This document shows, piece by piece, positions 8,032 through 16,621 of a DNA stretch of 22,880 bases. Origin of the DNA: Salinispira sp. (GTDB lineage: Bacteria > Spirochaetota > Spirochaetia > DSM-27196 > Salinispiraceae). How positions within the stretch are numbered: the first letter of the stretch is position 1; each line of letters begins with the position of its first letter. The notes below the pieces were generated by a model, which saw only the letters and a program-made list of their open reading frames with translations, was not told where the DNA came from and searched no databases. The translations under genes and the position numbers were made by a program. The stretch spans positions 1 through 22,880 of the forward strand of contig CBDDDG010000009.1 in assembly GCA_965226555.1 (NCBI GenBank), written 5' to 3'.

Positions 8032-9309
8032 TTAGATGATTGTGCCGTCCGGGATGATGCAGTTCTTAGGTATTATGATAATACCATCCTTCATCCAGTA
8101 CAGACCGTGATCGCCTTCTTCCCGCGGATGATCGTCAATGCCTATCCGGCAATGCTTTCCGATGCGGGTATTTAGGTCGACAATGGTGTTTTTGATAATG
8201 GAGCCGCCGCCGATGCCGATGTTGGGAATTCCCTTCTGCCGGTTTTCTTCCTTGTCTTCGTTCGTTTCATAGTAGTCCGCGCCCATACAGATAACACCGT
8301 CCAGACTTGCGCCCGATTCAATGAAGGTTCGTATACCCACTATCGAATTCGCGATATGCGCATTGGTAATAACACATCCATCGGCGGCAAGGGTCTGGCT
8401 CACTGAGCTGAAATTAAATTTACTTGCCGGCAGGTCGCGGCGATGCGTATAAATAGGATTTTCCTCATCGTAGAAATTGAAGACGGGGTTAATGTGCGCC
8501 AGTTCGAGGCTGGTTTCATAGAAATTCTGAATTGTTCCAATATCTTCCCAGAACCCCGTATAAATATAGGACTGCACGTTATGTTTTTTTATCAGCGCCG
8601 GAATAACTTCGTGTCCGAAATCGGTGTAGTTATTATCGAGAGCGGTGTAGAGCGTATCTGCGTTAAATAAGTAAATGCCCATTGAGCCGAGATATTCCCG
8701 TCCTTCTGAGAGCATACGGGGGTCAGGATGCAGCTTTTCGGGAATTTTTACATCCTGTATATCCATATCGGGGGCAGGCTTTTCGATAAAGGTTTTAATG
8801 CGCTTCTTGCTGTTTACATTGAGAATACCGAAGTCCGAGGCATCTGAACGGGTTACGGGCGTGGCTGCAACGGTAACTTCGGCATTGTTCGCAATGTGAT
8901 CTTTGAGAAAATCGGAAAGGTCCATGCGGTAGAGCTGATCGCCCGAGAGTATGAGCAGATAGTCCGGCCGCTGATTCCTGAAGTGGTGGAGGTTCTTGCG
9001 TACGGCATCCGCAGTTCCCTCATACCACCCGGTATCGTCAAAGCTCTGTTCGGCTGCGAGTATTTCCACAAAGCCCTTGCTGAAGGAGTCGAATATGTAG
9101 GTGCGCGCAAGGTGGAGATGCAGGGATGCTGAATTAAATTGTGTAAGAACATATATATTTTTGAATCCTGCGTTTATGGAATTGCTGATGGGAATGTCAA
9201 CTAGGCGGTACTTTGCCCCGAAGGGTACTGCCGGTTTTGCCCGTTCTTTTGTGAGGGGATACAACCTCGTACCCTTACCGCCCCCGAGAATAATGGTTAG
9301 TATTTTCAT
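8032..9309 (-). CDS. glgC: Glucose-1-phosphate adenylyltransferase
   Basis: ILGGGKGTRLYPLT..RAKPAVPFGAKYRL, GTADAV, LSGDQLY, FIEKP, SMGIY, WEDIGT. Start reassigned to ATG 9309, which follows AAGGAGG. Confidence 0.96.
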   Translation of the reverse strand: MKILTIILGGGKGTRLYPLTKERAKPAVPFGAKYRLVDIPISNSINAGFKNIYVLTQFNSASLHLHLARTYIFDSFSKGFVEILAAEQSFDDTGWYEGTADAVRKNLHHFRNQRPDYLLILSGDQLYRMDLSDFLKDHIANNAEVTVAATPVTRSDASDFGILNVNSKKRIKTFIEKPAPDMDIQDVKIPEKLHPDPRMLSEGREYLGSMGIYLFNADTLYTALDNNYTDFGHEVIPALIKKHNVQSYIYTGFWEDIGTIQNFYETSLELAHINPVFNFYDEENPIYTHRRDLPASKFNFSSVSQTLAADGCVITNAHIANSIVGIRTFIESGASLDGVICMGADYYETNEDKEENRQKGIPNIGIGGGSIIKNTIVDLNTRIGKHCRIGIDDHPREEGDHGLYWMKDGIIIIPKNCIIPDGTII

Positions 9310-9337
9310 ACATCCTCCTTGAGATATCTCCTTTATT

Positions 9338-9964
9338 ATGATATTATTACCGGCATTCATTCAAGGGGGTAGGGGTATTATATTCAGGAAGCGTCATAAT
9401 TTCCCCAATGAGGATCGTTCAAAACGTCTTGAAATTCAGGATTCCGGTGGAACCTTCTATTATTCACGGGGTGATCGTGAGCGGTTATCCCCCCCCAATG
9501 AGGGTTCATGGTATAAAAAGAACCGCGGTCTCATGATACTGGCGGTGGATGTTTTCATTATTCTTGTCTTTCTCGGAGTATATCAGATTTTTCTTAAGCC
9601 CGATAACAGTACCGTAGAATTCGCCGAACATCGTTTTGAACTCCGCGCTCTTGAGTTTGACGAGGAAGTACTTGTGACGCTCAGAATTACCGCTCTCGAA
9701 GACCAGCCTCCCGACAGCCCTTCAATTCTGGACCTCCAGTTTGCTGCCCGGGAAGATTTTTTCGATTCAGAGGATGTTCGGGAAATTCTCCCCTCAGGAA
9801 AGGATCAGACAATAAGTACCCGCATCAAGCTCCCCGTGCCCCCTCCTCCAGAGCTCTCCGGGGCATCACGGGTCTTTGTTCGCGGGGCTATTCTGCCGGA
9901 TACTGTTCTGCCGAATGACATTGTCTGGGATTTTACCGTATATGCTGAGGTTGACCTTGAGTAG
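9338..9964 (+). CDS. Hypothetical single-pass membrane protein (start uncertain)
   Basis: FYYSRGDRE motif, basic patch, then TM helix LMILAVDVFIILVFLGVYQIFL. Fills the gap between glgC and era. Confidence 0.7.
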   Translation: MILLPAFIQGGRGIIFRKRHNFPNEDRSKRLEIQDSGGTFYYSRGDRERLSPPNEGSWYKKNRGLMILAVDVFIILVFLGVYQIFLKPDNSTVEFAEHRFELRALEFDEEVLVTLRITALEDQPPDSPSILDLQFAAREDFFDSEDVREILPSGKDQTISTRIKLPVPPPPELSGASRVFVRGAILPDTVLPNDIVWDFTVYAEVDLE

Positions 9965-10070
9965 TCGTGAGGGCGACCCCGAGCGACCCCGGGCAGCAGC
10001 GTCGACACCCCGAGCAGCAGCTGGGCAGCTGCGGGCGACCCCCGGCAATGATTCTGTTTGCGTTTTACGG

Positions 10071-10973
10071 CTACTGTATGAGCTTCCGTGTTACCTGCTC
10101 GTTCCGGCGCCACCTAGGGCTGCATTTTACCCGAAGATCTAGGTATATTCTGTAGGGGAAGATTTTTCCCGCTTCCCGCTGGCTTTCTTTGCGAATTTCC
10201 CGTATTCCCGAACCATTCCTGCCGACTACCAGCCCGATCTGGCTCTTACTTTCAACACAAATATGCGCCCGTATGAGCAGATGCCGTTGTTCTTCCCGAA
10301 CTTCAATTTCATGCACATCAACATATATGGCATGAGGCAGCTCCTGCCGTGAACGGAGCATAGCCTGTTCTCTAATAATTTCAGATATTCTGAACTCAGG
10401 ACTCTGATCCGTATAAAAATCGGGGGGATACAGAGCCTCACCCTCGGGAGCGCAATTGAAGATGTCGGTTTTTAATTCTTCAAGTCCGCTTCCCGTAAGG
10501 GCAGATACCTTCCGCATGAGATACGAAACAGATTGCCGCCGGAGCTTGAGGAGCTGCCAAACATCGGCCGCCGTCCCGCTCGCCGTTCCGCTTTCCGGGC
10601 AGATATCAACCTTATTGAGCGCAATAATAACCGGAAGTTCGGAGCCGGTAACAATGTCCATAAGCGCTTCCTCTTCAGGTCCTGGCTTACGTGTTACATC
10701 CACAACGTAGAGAATGAGATCGGCGCTTTCGAGACTATTTCGGATGAGCCCCCGAAGCTGCCTGTTGAACTTCCGCTCTGAATGATGAAAGCCCGGGGTA
10801 TCGAGAAAAACAAGCTGCCCCCGTTCGTTACTTATGATTCCCCGAATACAGTTACGGGTCGTTTGGGGCGATGGGGTAACAATGGATATTTTCTGCCCGC
10901 AGAGATTGTTCAGGAGGCTCGATTTTCCAGATGATGGTCTGCCGATGATGGATACAAAAGCGTTTTTTTTTAT
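10071..10973 (-). CDS. era: GTPase Era
   Basis: The frame of ORF 10071-10703 stays open upstream: KNAFVSIIGRPSSGKSSL (G1), PQTTR (G2), DTPG (G3), NKVD (G4), KH domain with ELPHA and VGRNGSGIREI. Likely start is ATA at 10973. Confidence 0.93.
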   Translation of the reverse strand: MKKNAFVSIIGRPSSGKSSLLNNLCGQKISIVTPSPQTTRNCIRGIISNERGQLVFLDTPGFHHSERKFNRQLRGLIRNSLESADLILYVVDVTRKPGPEEEALMDIVTGSELPVIIALNKVDICPESGTASGTAADVWQLLKLRRQSVSYLMRKVSALTGSGLEELKTDIFNCAPEGEALYPPDFYTDQSPEFRISEIIREQAMLRSRQELPHAIYVDVHEIEVREEQRHLLIRAHICVESKSQIGLVVGRNGSGIREIRKESQREAGKIFPYRIYLDLRVKCSPRWRRNEQVTRKLIQ

Positions 10974-11091
10974 GGTGATGTCCTCTTTTCTTTGAATATA
11001 TTATATGATACATGATAAGTGAACAGTGTGCAGCGATGAAAGTATCAACGCCGATCACTATTCAAAAATACCCACATTCTGGAGCACGCAT

Positions 11092-11679
11092 ATGAATCAA
11101 CACGATACGGATACCGAAGAAAATGAAAAGACCAACGACAACCTCGTTATGAGGATGATGAAAACCCGTTCCATTCTTCTCAGCGGCGAAGTGGACAAGG
11201 ATATGGCAGCGCGGGTTATCCGCTCGCTGCTCATTCTTGAGTCATCGGGAGATGAACCGATCAAGGTATTTATTGACAGTCCGGGCGGAGATGTAGATGC
11301 GGGATACGCAATTTTTGACATGCTTCGTTTTGTTAAGACCACGGTCTTTACCATTGGCATGGGGCTGGTAGCCAGCGCGGGCGCGCTGATTCTTCTCGGC
11401 GCGGACAGGCAACATCGCGTCGGTCTGCCGAACAGCCATTATCTTCTGCATCAGCCCATGAGCGGTATGCGGGGAGTTGCAACCGACATTGAAATTCACG
11501 CGAAGGAAATTGAAAAGACCAAGGCAAGAATTATCCGGCTTATCAGCGAAGAAACCGGCAAAACCGTGGGTCAGGTGAAAAAAGATACGGATCGCGATTA
11601 TTGGCTCTCTGCCGAAGAAAGCAGAGATTATGGACTCATTTCCCGAATTATTACGTATCGCTCGCAGTTTGAAAATTGA
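11092..11679 (+). CDS. clpP: ATP-dependent Clp protease proteolytic subunit
   Basis: IDSPGG, GLVASAG (catalytic Ser), LLHQP, ATDIEI, DTDRDYWLSAEES.DYGL. ATG 11092 follows GGAG. Confidence 0.95.
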   Translation: MNQHDTDTEENEKTNDNLVMRMMKTRSILLSGEVDKDMAARVIRSLLILESSGDEPIKVFIDSPGGDVDAGYAIFDMLRFVKTTVFTIGMGLVASAGALILLGADRQHRVGLPNSHYLLHQPMSGMRGVATDIEIHAKEIEKTKARIIRLISEETGKTVGQVKKDTDRDYWLSAEESRDYGLISRIITYRSQFEN

Positions 11680-11773
11680 TTCAGCGCCGTCTGCGGGAGA
11701 TCCGGAAGCGGCGGCCGATCTCGTGGCAGCGGCGGCAGCGGCGGCCGATCCTGCGGCTGTAGTGCCGCCAACG

Positions 11774-11862
11774 TTGGAAAATTTTGTTCTGCACAATTTC
11801 CAGTAGCAAACATTTTATCATTTTATCATTCAAGAAAGCAAAAAGTCCCGTCTATATAGTAT
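11774..11862 (+). promoter_or_regulatory. Partial palindromic element plus a promoter module shared with the Rpn leaders
   Basis: TTGGAAAATTTTGTTCTGCACAATTTCCAGTAGCAAA, then TCATTTTATCATTCA-N14-CCCGTCTATATAGTAT, as at 6279-6323. Confidence 0.6.
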
Positions 11863-11885
11863 ATCAGTTCATGGAGGTTCTATAG

Positions 11886-13046
11886 ATGTACTGGATCGAA
11901 TGGTTTTGTTTTTTTCAATGGCAATGGCTCGGGCGATGGCTTTGGCGATGTCGATGGTTTCGGCTTTGGCGATGGTTCTGTCCTTGGCGATGCCGATGGC
12001 TTTGTCTCTGCGCGGCGCTTGCCCTGCTCGGGTGTACTGCGCAGCCGGAGAGTGGGAGCTTTTCGCTCGTAACGTATAATGTCCAGACTCTGTTTGATGA
12101 TCGTCACGATGGTAATGAATTCAGTGAGTATGTTCCATCGCCGGACGGCTGGAATAGCAGGAAGTACCATAACCGCCTGCGCCGACTTTCACAGGTTATT
12201 CGGGATGTCGCATCGGAGGCGCCCGATGTTCTTGTGCTCCAGGAAATTGAAAACGCTCAGGTGCTTAAGGACCTTGATCAATTTTTCATCCGCGATCTCG
12301 ACTACCGCCATGTTACCGTATCGGGCGAAGGAAGCCTTTCCATCGCGGTGCTCAGCAAACGTCCCTTTCTGCATACGCAGGTTCATGGGGTGCGTTGGGA
12401 GGGAATCGATCTGCGTCCCCTCATTGAGGTTCATATAGAACTGCCGGATTCCCTCCGCCTCATTATGTATGCGGTGCATTGGAAAAGTAAGCGCGGCGGC
12501 GCCCGGGAGAGCGAGCATCTGCGCAGGGCATCGGCGCATGTTCTTGCCCGGGCAATTATGAAAAACAGGGAAAGTTATCCCGAGGCAGCTTTCATTGCGG
12601 CAGGCGATTTTAATGAGGATGTTGATGAGTTTTCAAAAAGCGGATACCGCACGGCAATAATGCCGGTATCTGAAATGATGAACTGGCAGGAGTCGGGAGA
12701 TATGATCATTCCGATTTTTGTGAGTTCTGCGCAGGACTTCGATGCCGAATCGGCGGATGATCAGGGTATTTCTGAGGGCATTCCAGAAGATTCGGAGGAT
12801 TTTTCGGTGTTTTATCATCTCTGGGGAGATGAGGGCGGCAGCTATTTTTTCAGAGATAGTTGGGAAAAAATTGATCATATTCTGTTCTCGCATGAAATTT
12901 TTCGAAGATATGATGATGTCGATTTCAGGGTTTTCAAGCCCTGGTATCTTCTTGATTATTCTCTGGAGCCTCAGGAATATCAGGCAAGAAACGCCAATGG
13001 ATATTCCGATCATTTACCGGTTGTTCTCGAATTTAAGCTCAGATAA
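11886..13046 (+). CDS. Secreted/lipoprotein EEP-family nuclease
   Basis: GGAGG RBS and LALLGC lipobox. TYNVQTLFD, LQEIEN, VHWKSK, GDFNE, WEKIDHI, GYSDHLPV. Confidence 0.88.
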   Translation: MYWIEWFCFFQWQWLGRWLWRCRWFRLWRWFCPWRCRWLCLCAALALLGCTAQPESGSFSLVTYNVQTLFDDRHDGNEFSEYVPSPDGWNSRKYHNRLRRLSQVIRDVASEAPDVLVLQEIENAQVLKDLDQFFIRDLDYRHVTVSGEGSLSIAVLSKRPFLHTQVHGVRWEGIDLRPLIEVHIELPDSLRLIMYAVHWKSKRGGARESEHLRRASAHVLARAIMKNRESYPEAAFIAAGDFNEDVDEFSKSGYRTAIMPVSEMMNWQESGDMIIPIFVSSAQDFDAESADDQGISEGIPEDSEDFSVFYHLWGDEGGSYFFRDSWEKIDHILFSHEIFRRYDDVDFRVFKPWYLLDYSLEPQEYQARNANGYSDHLPVVLEFKLR

Positions 13047-13060
13047 GGCTGCGGAAGCGG

Positions 13061-13777
13061 TCATTTCCAGATGCCCTGCTCTTCGAGAATTGCGCGTGCC
13101 TGACCTTCCCAGTTCCGGTTTGCTGCGGGATTTGCCGGGCTGGGGTGGAGGAGCTTATGAATGGGGTACTGCGTGGAAAAGTTTTCTTTGAGCCGTTTTT
13201 CTGCAAAATTCCCAATTCCGATGAGCCGAGCGGGCTGTATTATCTCAATCATCTGGGTAAGCGCGGTGTCGCAGAGCCGGAACAGAATTTTGCGTTCGGC
13301 AACAGGCAGTTTGTCCGGGGTGAGGTTCCTGCCCGCGGTGTCCAGAAACATAAGAGGGCAGTAGTTAATAACAAAGTGTTCTGCAAAAAAATCTTGTGCG
13401 CGCGGATAACGGGCGCTCATCAGGTTCCAGAAACGTTTTCCGCTTACTTCATCGCGTCCGCATTCGAAGCCCCGAACGGGTACCCGCGGGTGCTCGTGTT
13501 TGGGGCGGCCCTGTATCGGCGATATCCGCATCCAGTCGCGTACTGCTGAAACGGCTCCGAAGGGAATGCCGGTTTGTGCCATGCCCCAGGGCCCGGGGTT
13601 CATACCCAGAAAGAGCGCAGCGCCGGGGCTCGGGGTGAAGAGTTCCAGATATTCCCGTACGGCGGAAAAGGCATAGTCGAGAGGATTATATATCCATGAA
13701 GCAGTTTTGAAGTCGAGGCTGTCAAGTTCTCTGCCCAGACGGCTGTTAATTTCAATAAGTGTATCGTGTGCTGTCAT
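13061..13777 (-). CDS. SMUG1-family single-strand-selective uracil-DNA glycosylase
   Basis: IYNPLDYA, LGMNPGPWGMAQTGIPFG, EVSGKRFW, NYCPL, LHPSPANP. Confidence 0.92.
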   Translation of the reverse strand: MTAHDTLIEINSRLGRELDSLDFKTASWIYNPLDYAFSAVREYLELFTPSPGAALFLGMNPGPWGMAQTGIPFGAVSAVRDWMRISPIQGRPKHEHPRVPVRGFECGRDEVSGKRFWNLMSARYPRAQDFFAEHFVINYCPLMFLDTAGRNLTPDKLPVAERKILFRLCDTALTQMIEIIQPARLIGIGNFAEKRLKENFSTQYPIHKLLHPSPANPAANRNWEGQARAILEEQGIWK

Positions 13778-13829
13778 GTTCTATCGTTTATCCATTCCAT
13801 ATACAAACTTTTGCATTGATAAAGTTCAA

Positions 13830-16412
13830 TTATCCAACACCGAGGTCCATCTGCCCATCAGGGTGGAAAAACCGCCGAACTACGGCAGTAAGGTCATAGG
13901 GAACAGCAGCATTTATACTTTTCAATACCGGTATTACCTGTTTGGTAATATACCAGCCGATGTCCGCCTCTGCAATATCCGCGCCGCCGCCATTCGCCCC
14001 CACGGTATCTTCGAAATAGGGCATGGGCCCGTCTGCCGTCATGATGTATTGAATGCGGCGAAGTGGTTTTTTCCCGCTGCGCTGTTTTTCGGCAATAAGA
14101 GCAGCGCGGACATGGGGCGGAAGGTTGCCCCGATATTGGGATGCTGTCTTGCTGAGGCGTTTTCGGATAATGAGGAGATGACGGCCCTCAGGTTCCCGGA
14201 TCTGCCGGATAATGCCGCCAAGATATTCTGCAATCTCTGCTTTTTCGGAACCAGTAAATATCTTGTAGAGAATATCTTTCTGAATTTTCCGCGCAAGATG
14301 TGTCCAATCGCTCCGAACAGCCTCCATGCCCTTTATAAGCAATTCATGCCTGTTATCTCTGAAACCTGCTTCAGTGAACGATAAACCGGCATAGCTCTTC
14401 GCCCTCCCCTGCGGTCCGGAAAGATGTGCCTGCCGGAGTTTCTCCTGAATTTCCTGAGAAGCTACCGATTTCAGGGGCGGTATGAAGAAGGGCGCAAAAA
14501 TGTTCTCAAATTCAATTTCAAGATAACTTTCAACCCGGTATTTCTCTCTGACCCAGGTTGAGAGGCTTGAATTCAGTTTGTCGGCCAGCTCGGCAGCGAA
14601 CCGGAAGGTATCGCTGGTTTTTACTTCTTCGGGAGGAATGAGAAAGAGACTGTCGGTGTCGCCGTACATGACGCGATAGCCGAGTTCCTGAACAAAATCT
14701 CTGCTCCAGTACAATATTTCCCGAGCAAAGGAGGTAATGGCGGCGGCAATGTCGCTTCCCGCGAACCGGCAGGCTGGGCTTCCGAGCACTCCGTAGAAGG
14801 AGTTTGCAAGAATCTTGAAGGCATAGGAGGCAGTGTCATCGCCCCTGCGCTTGGCATCTTCTCTGAGATGATAAAAACGGGTAAGCAGTTCAGGTAAAAT
14901 CCCCTTTCCGCGCAGGAATGATGCCCCATTCGGACTGCGGAGAACAGCTTCGTCCGCTGCGCCGACCCCGTCCCCGTGAGCGCCGACCCCGTCCGCTCCG
15001 CTGCCCCCCGCTTCCGCGGCTGTTTGAGCGGCAATGTATGCCAGAGGGTCTATACCGAAGGTGCGGATAATAGAGGGATAGAGTCCTTTGAAGTCCAGAA
15101 GAATAACCCGTTCAAAAAGTCCGCTCTCGGGCGGGAGAATGGTTCCTCCGGGGCTTTCAGATATGGGAAGCCTGTCGACCCCGACATCAGGGGCAACAAA
15201 ATTCTGCTTATGCAGAGCGCCAATGTATAGATGATCGAAGGAATGTATGCTCGCCCATGCGCGACTCATAATAGTGCCGCAGAGTTCACTCCTCTTCAAG
15301 GTAAGATCAATGAGACCGGTGGCATCCAGAATATCAATAACAAGCCGGGAATCTTCCAGGCAATACAGCAGGAATCGGGCTGGATCATTCTCCCAAAGAT
15401 TATCAAGCTCATCCATTTTCCTGTCTGTGGTAAACTGTTCCCGTTTTCGCTTGCCGAGGAGTTTTTCAGCGACATAGTCCAGACTATACGATTCAAAGTA
15501 CGACATATACATACGCTGAAGGCGCATGGCATCAATAACCTGCCTTCCCGGCACATCGCTCATGTCGGGCACATCGGTATTTCCGGGAACATAGCTGGCG
15601 TCCTGCTGCGAACGGCCGAAGGCGGCCGGCAATCGGAGCGCAGCCATACGCTTCAGAATAACTGCCATATCAAATGAAACAACATTCCATCCGGTAATAA
15701 TATCCGGATCAAGCGCGCATATCTGCTGAATAAACCCGTGGAGCAGCTTCCGTTCATCGGCATATTCCCGTACATCAATCTCAGATAGTGGGTCGATATG
15801 TACTGGGTCGATATTACGCTCCACTGTTAAAATAGCATTGATCTGCTTTCCCGACAGCGAAATGCAGCGGATTTCTCCATTCCGTGTTGTTTCAATATCT
15901 ATTGCGAGAGTACGGACCTGGCAGCGGCGATGTTTTTCGGCAGGATTGATGACAGGGTTGATGACAGGGTTGATGACAGGGTTGATGAATCGGAGATCGA
16001 CCCGCCTGCCTTTTTCGGGATTTCCGGTGAAGGAAAAATACAAATGGATATTATGCGCAATGAGGAATTGCTGCACTATGGTGAGATCGCCTTCATATGT
16101 ATGAATACCGGCTGCGCGGAGAGCGTTGTGGGCGGTAAACATATTCCTATAGGCGGGAAATTCAATTTTACATACGGGAATGCCCCACATTGTTCGCTGC
16201 TGAACCGCCGAGCTGCCGTTGTTCCAAGGAATAGTTTTGCCGATAACAGATGCAGCCCGTTCCCTGTCCTGTTCAGGAATATAAAACCCAGCCCTGAAAG
16301 TATTTACAACAATTCCATAACTCTTCCCGTCTGAAAGGCGCCCCTGAAGAATAATCTGCTCACCCTTCCTGTTGTTTTGCGCTTTAATATATACAAGGAC
16401 AGCATGGAACAT
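13830..16412 (-). CDS. polB: DNA polymerase II (family B)
   Basis: Exonuclease motifs IDIET, TGWNV.SFD, YCLED. Polymerase motifs LDFKGLYPSII, KILANSFYG, YGDTDS, KGMEAVRSDW. Confidence 0.93.
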   Translation of the reverse strand: MFHAVLVYIKAQNNRKGEQIILQGRLSDGKSYGIVVNTFRAGFYIPEQDRERAASVIGKTIPWNNGSSAVQQRTMWGIPVCKIEFPAYRNMFTAHNALRAAGIHTYEGDLTIVQQFLIAHNIHLYFSFTGNPEKGRRVDLRFINPVINPVINPVINPAEKHRRCQVRTLAIDIETTRNGEIRCISLSGKQINAILTVERNIDPVHIDPLSEIDVREYADERKLLHGFIQQICALDPDIITGWNVVSFDMAVILKRMAALRLPAAFGRSQQDASYVPGNTDVPDMSDVPGRQVIDAMRLQRMYMSYFESYSLDYVAEKLLGKRKREQFTTDRKMDELDNLWENDPARFLLYCLEDSRLVIDILDATGLIDLTLKRSELCGTIMSRAWASIHSFDHLYIGALHKQNFVAPDVGVDRLPISESPGGTILPPESGLFERVILLDFKGLYPSIIRTFGIDPLAYIAAQTAAEAGGSGADGVGAHGDGVGAADEAVLRSPNGASFLRGKGILPELLTRFYHLREDAKRRGDDTASYAFKILANSFYGVLGSPACRFAGSDIAAAITSFAREILYWSRDFVQELGYRVMYGDTDSLFLIPPEEVKTSDTFRFAAELADKLNSSLSTWVREKYRVESYLEIEFENIFAPFFIPPLKSVASQEIQEKLRQAHLSGPQGRAKSYAGLSFTEAGFRDNRHELLIKGMEAVRSDWTHLARKIQKDILYKIFTGSEKAEIAEYLGGIIRQIREPEGRHLLIIRKRLSKTASQYRGNLPPHVRAALIAEKQRSGKKPLRRIQYIMTADGPMPYFEDTVGANGGGADIAEADIGWYITKQVIPVLKSINAAVPYDLTAVVRRFFHPDGQMDLGVG

Positions 16413-16461
16413 GCTGGTAGTATAGCATGTTCCCGGGCTATTAAAACCTTCATTTGGGATG

Positions 16462-16494
16462 TTGACACTCCGGATACATAAACGGTACTATAAT
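16462..16494 (+). promoter_or_regulatory. Putative sigma70 promoter for the lipoprotein gene at 16622
   Basis: TTGACA at 16462-16467, then TACTAT (18-nt spacer) overlapping TATAAT. Confidence 0.5.
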
Positions 16495-16539
16495 ATCACC
16501 AATGAGACTGTTGCCGTTCAACAATCTCTATTACTGTGA

Positions 16540-16593
16540 GAAAGTTTTGCATTGGAAAATTGTGCTTGCACAATTTCCAGTAGCAAAAGTTTC
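16540..16593. mobile_element. 54-bp single-hairpin palindromic element
   Basis: GAAAGTTTTGC...GCAAAAGTTTC with perfect TGTGA duplication (16535-16539 and 16594-16598). The paralogous leader has a single TGTGA at 4506-4510 (empty site). Confidence 0.88.
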
Positions 16594-16621
16594 TGTGAAT
16601 AAGACTTTACGGAGGTAACAT

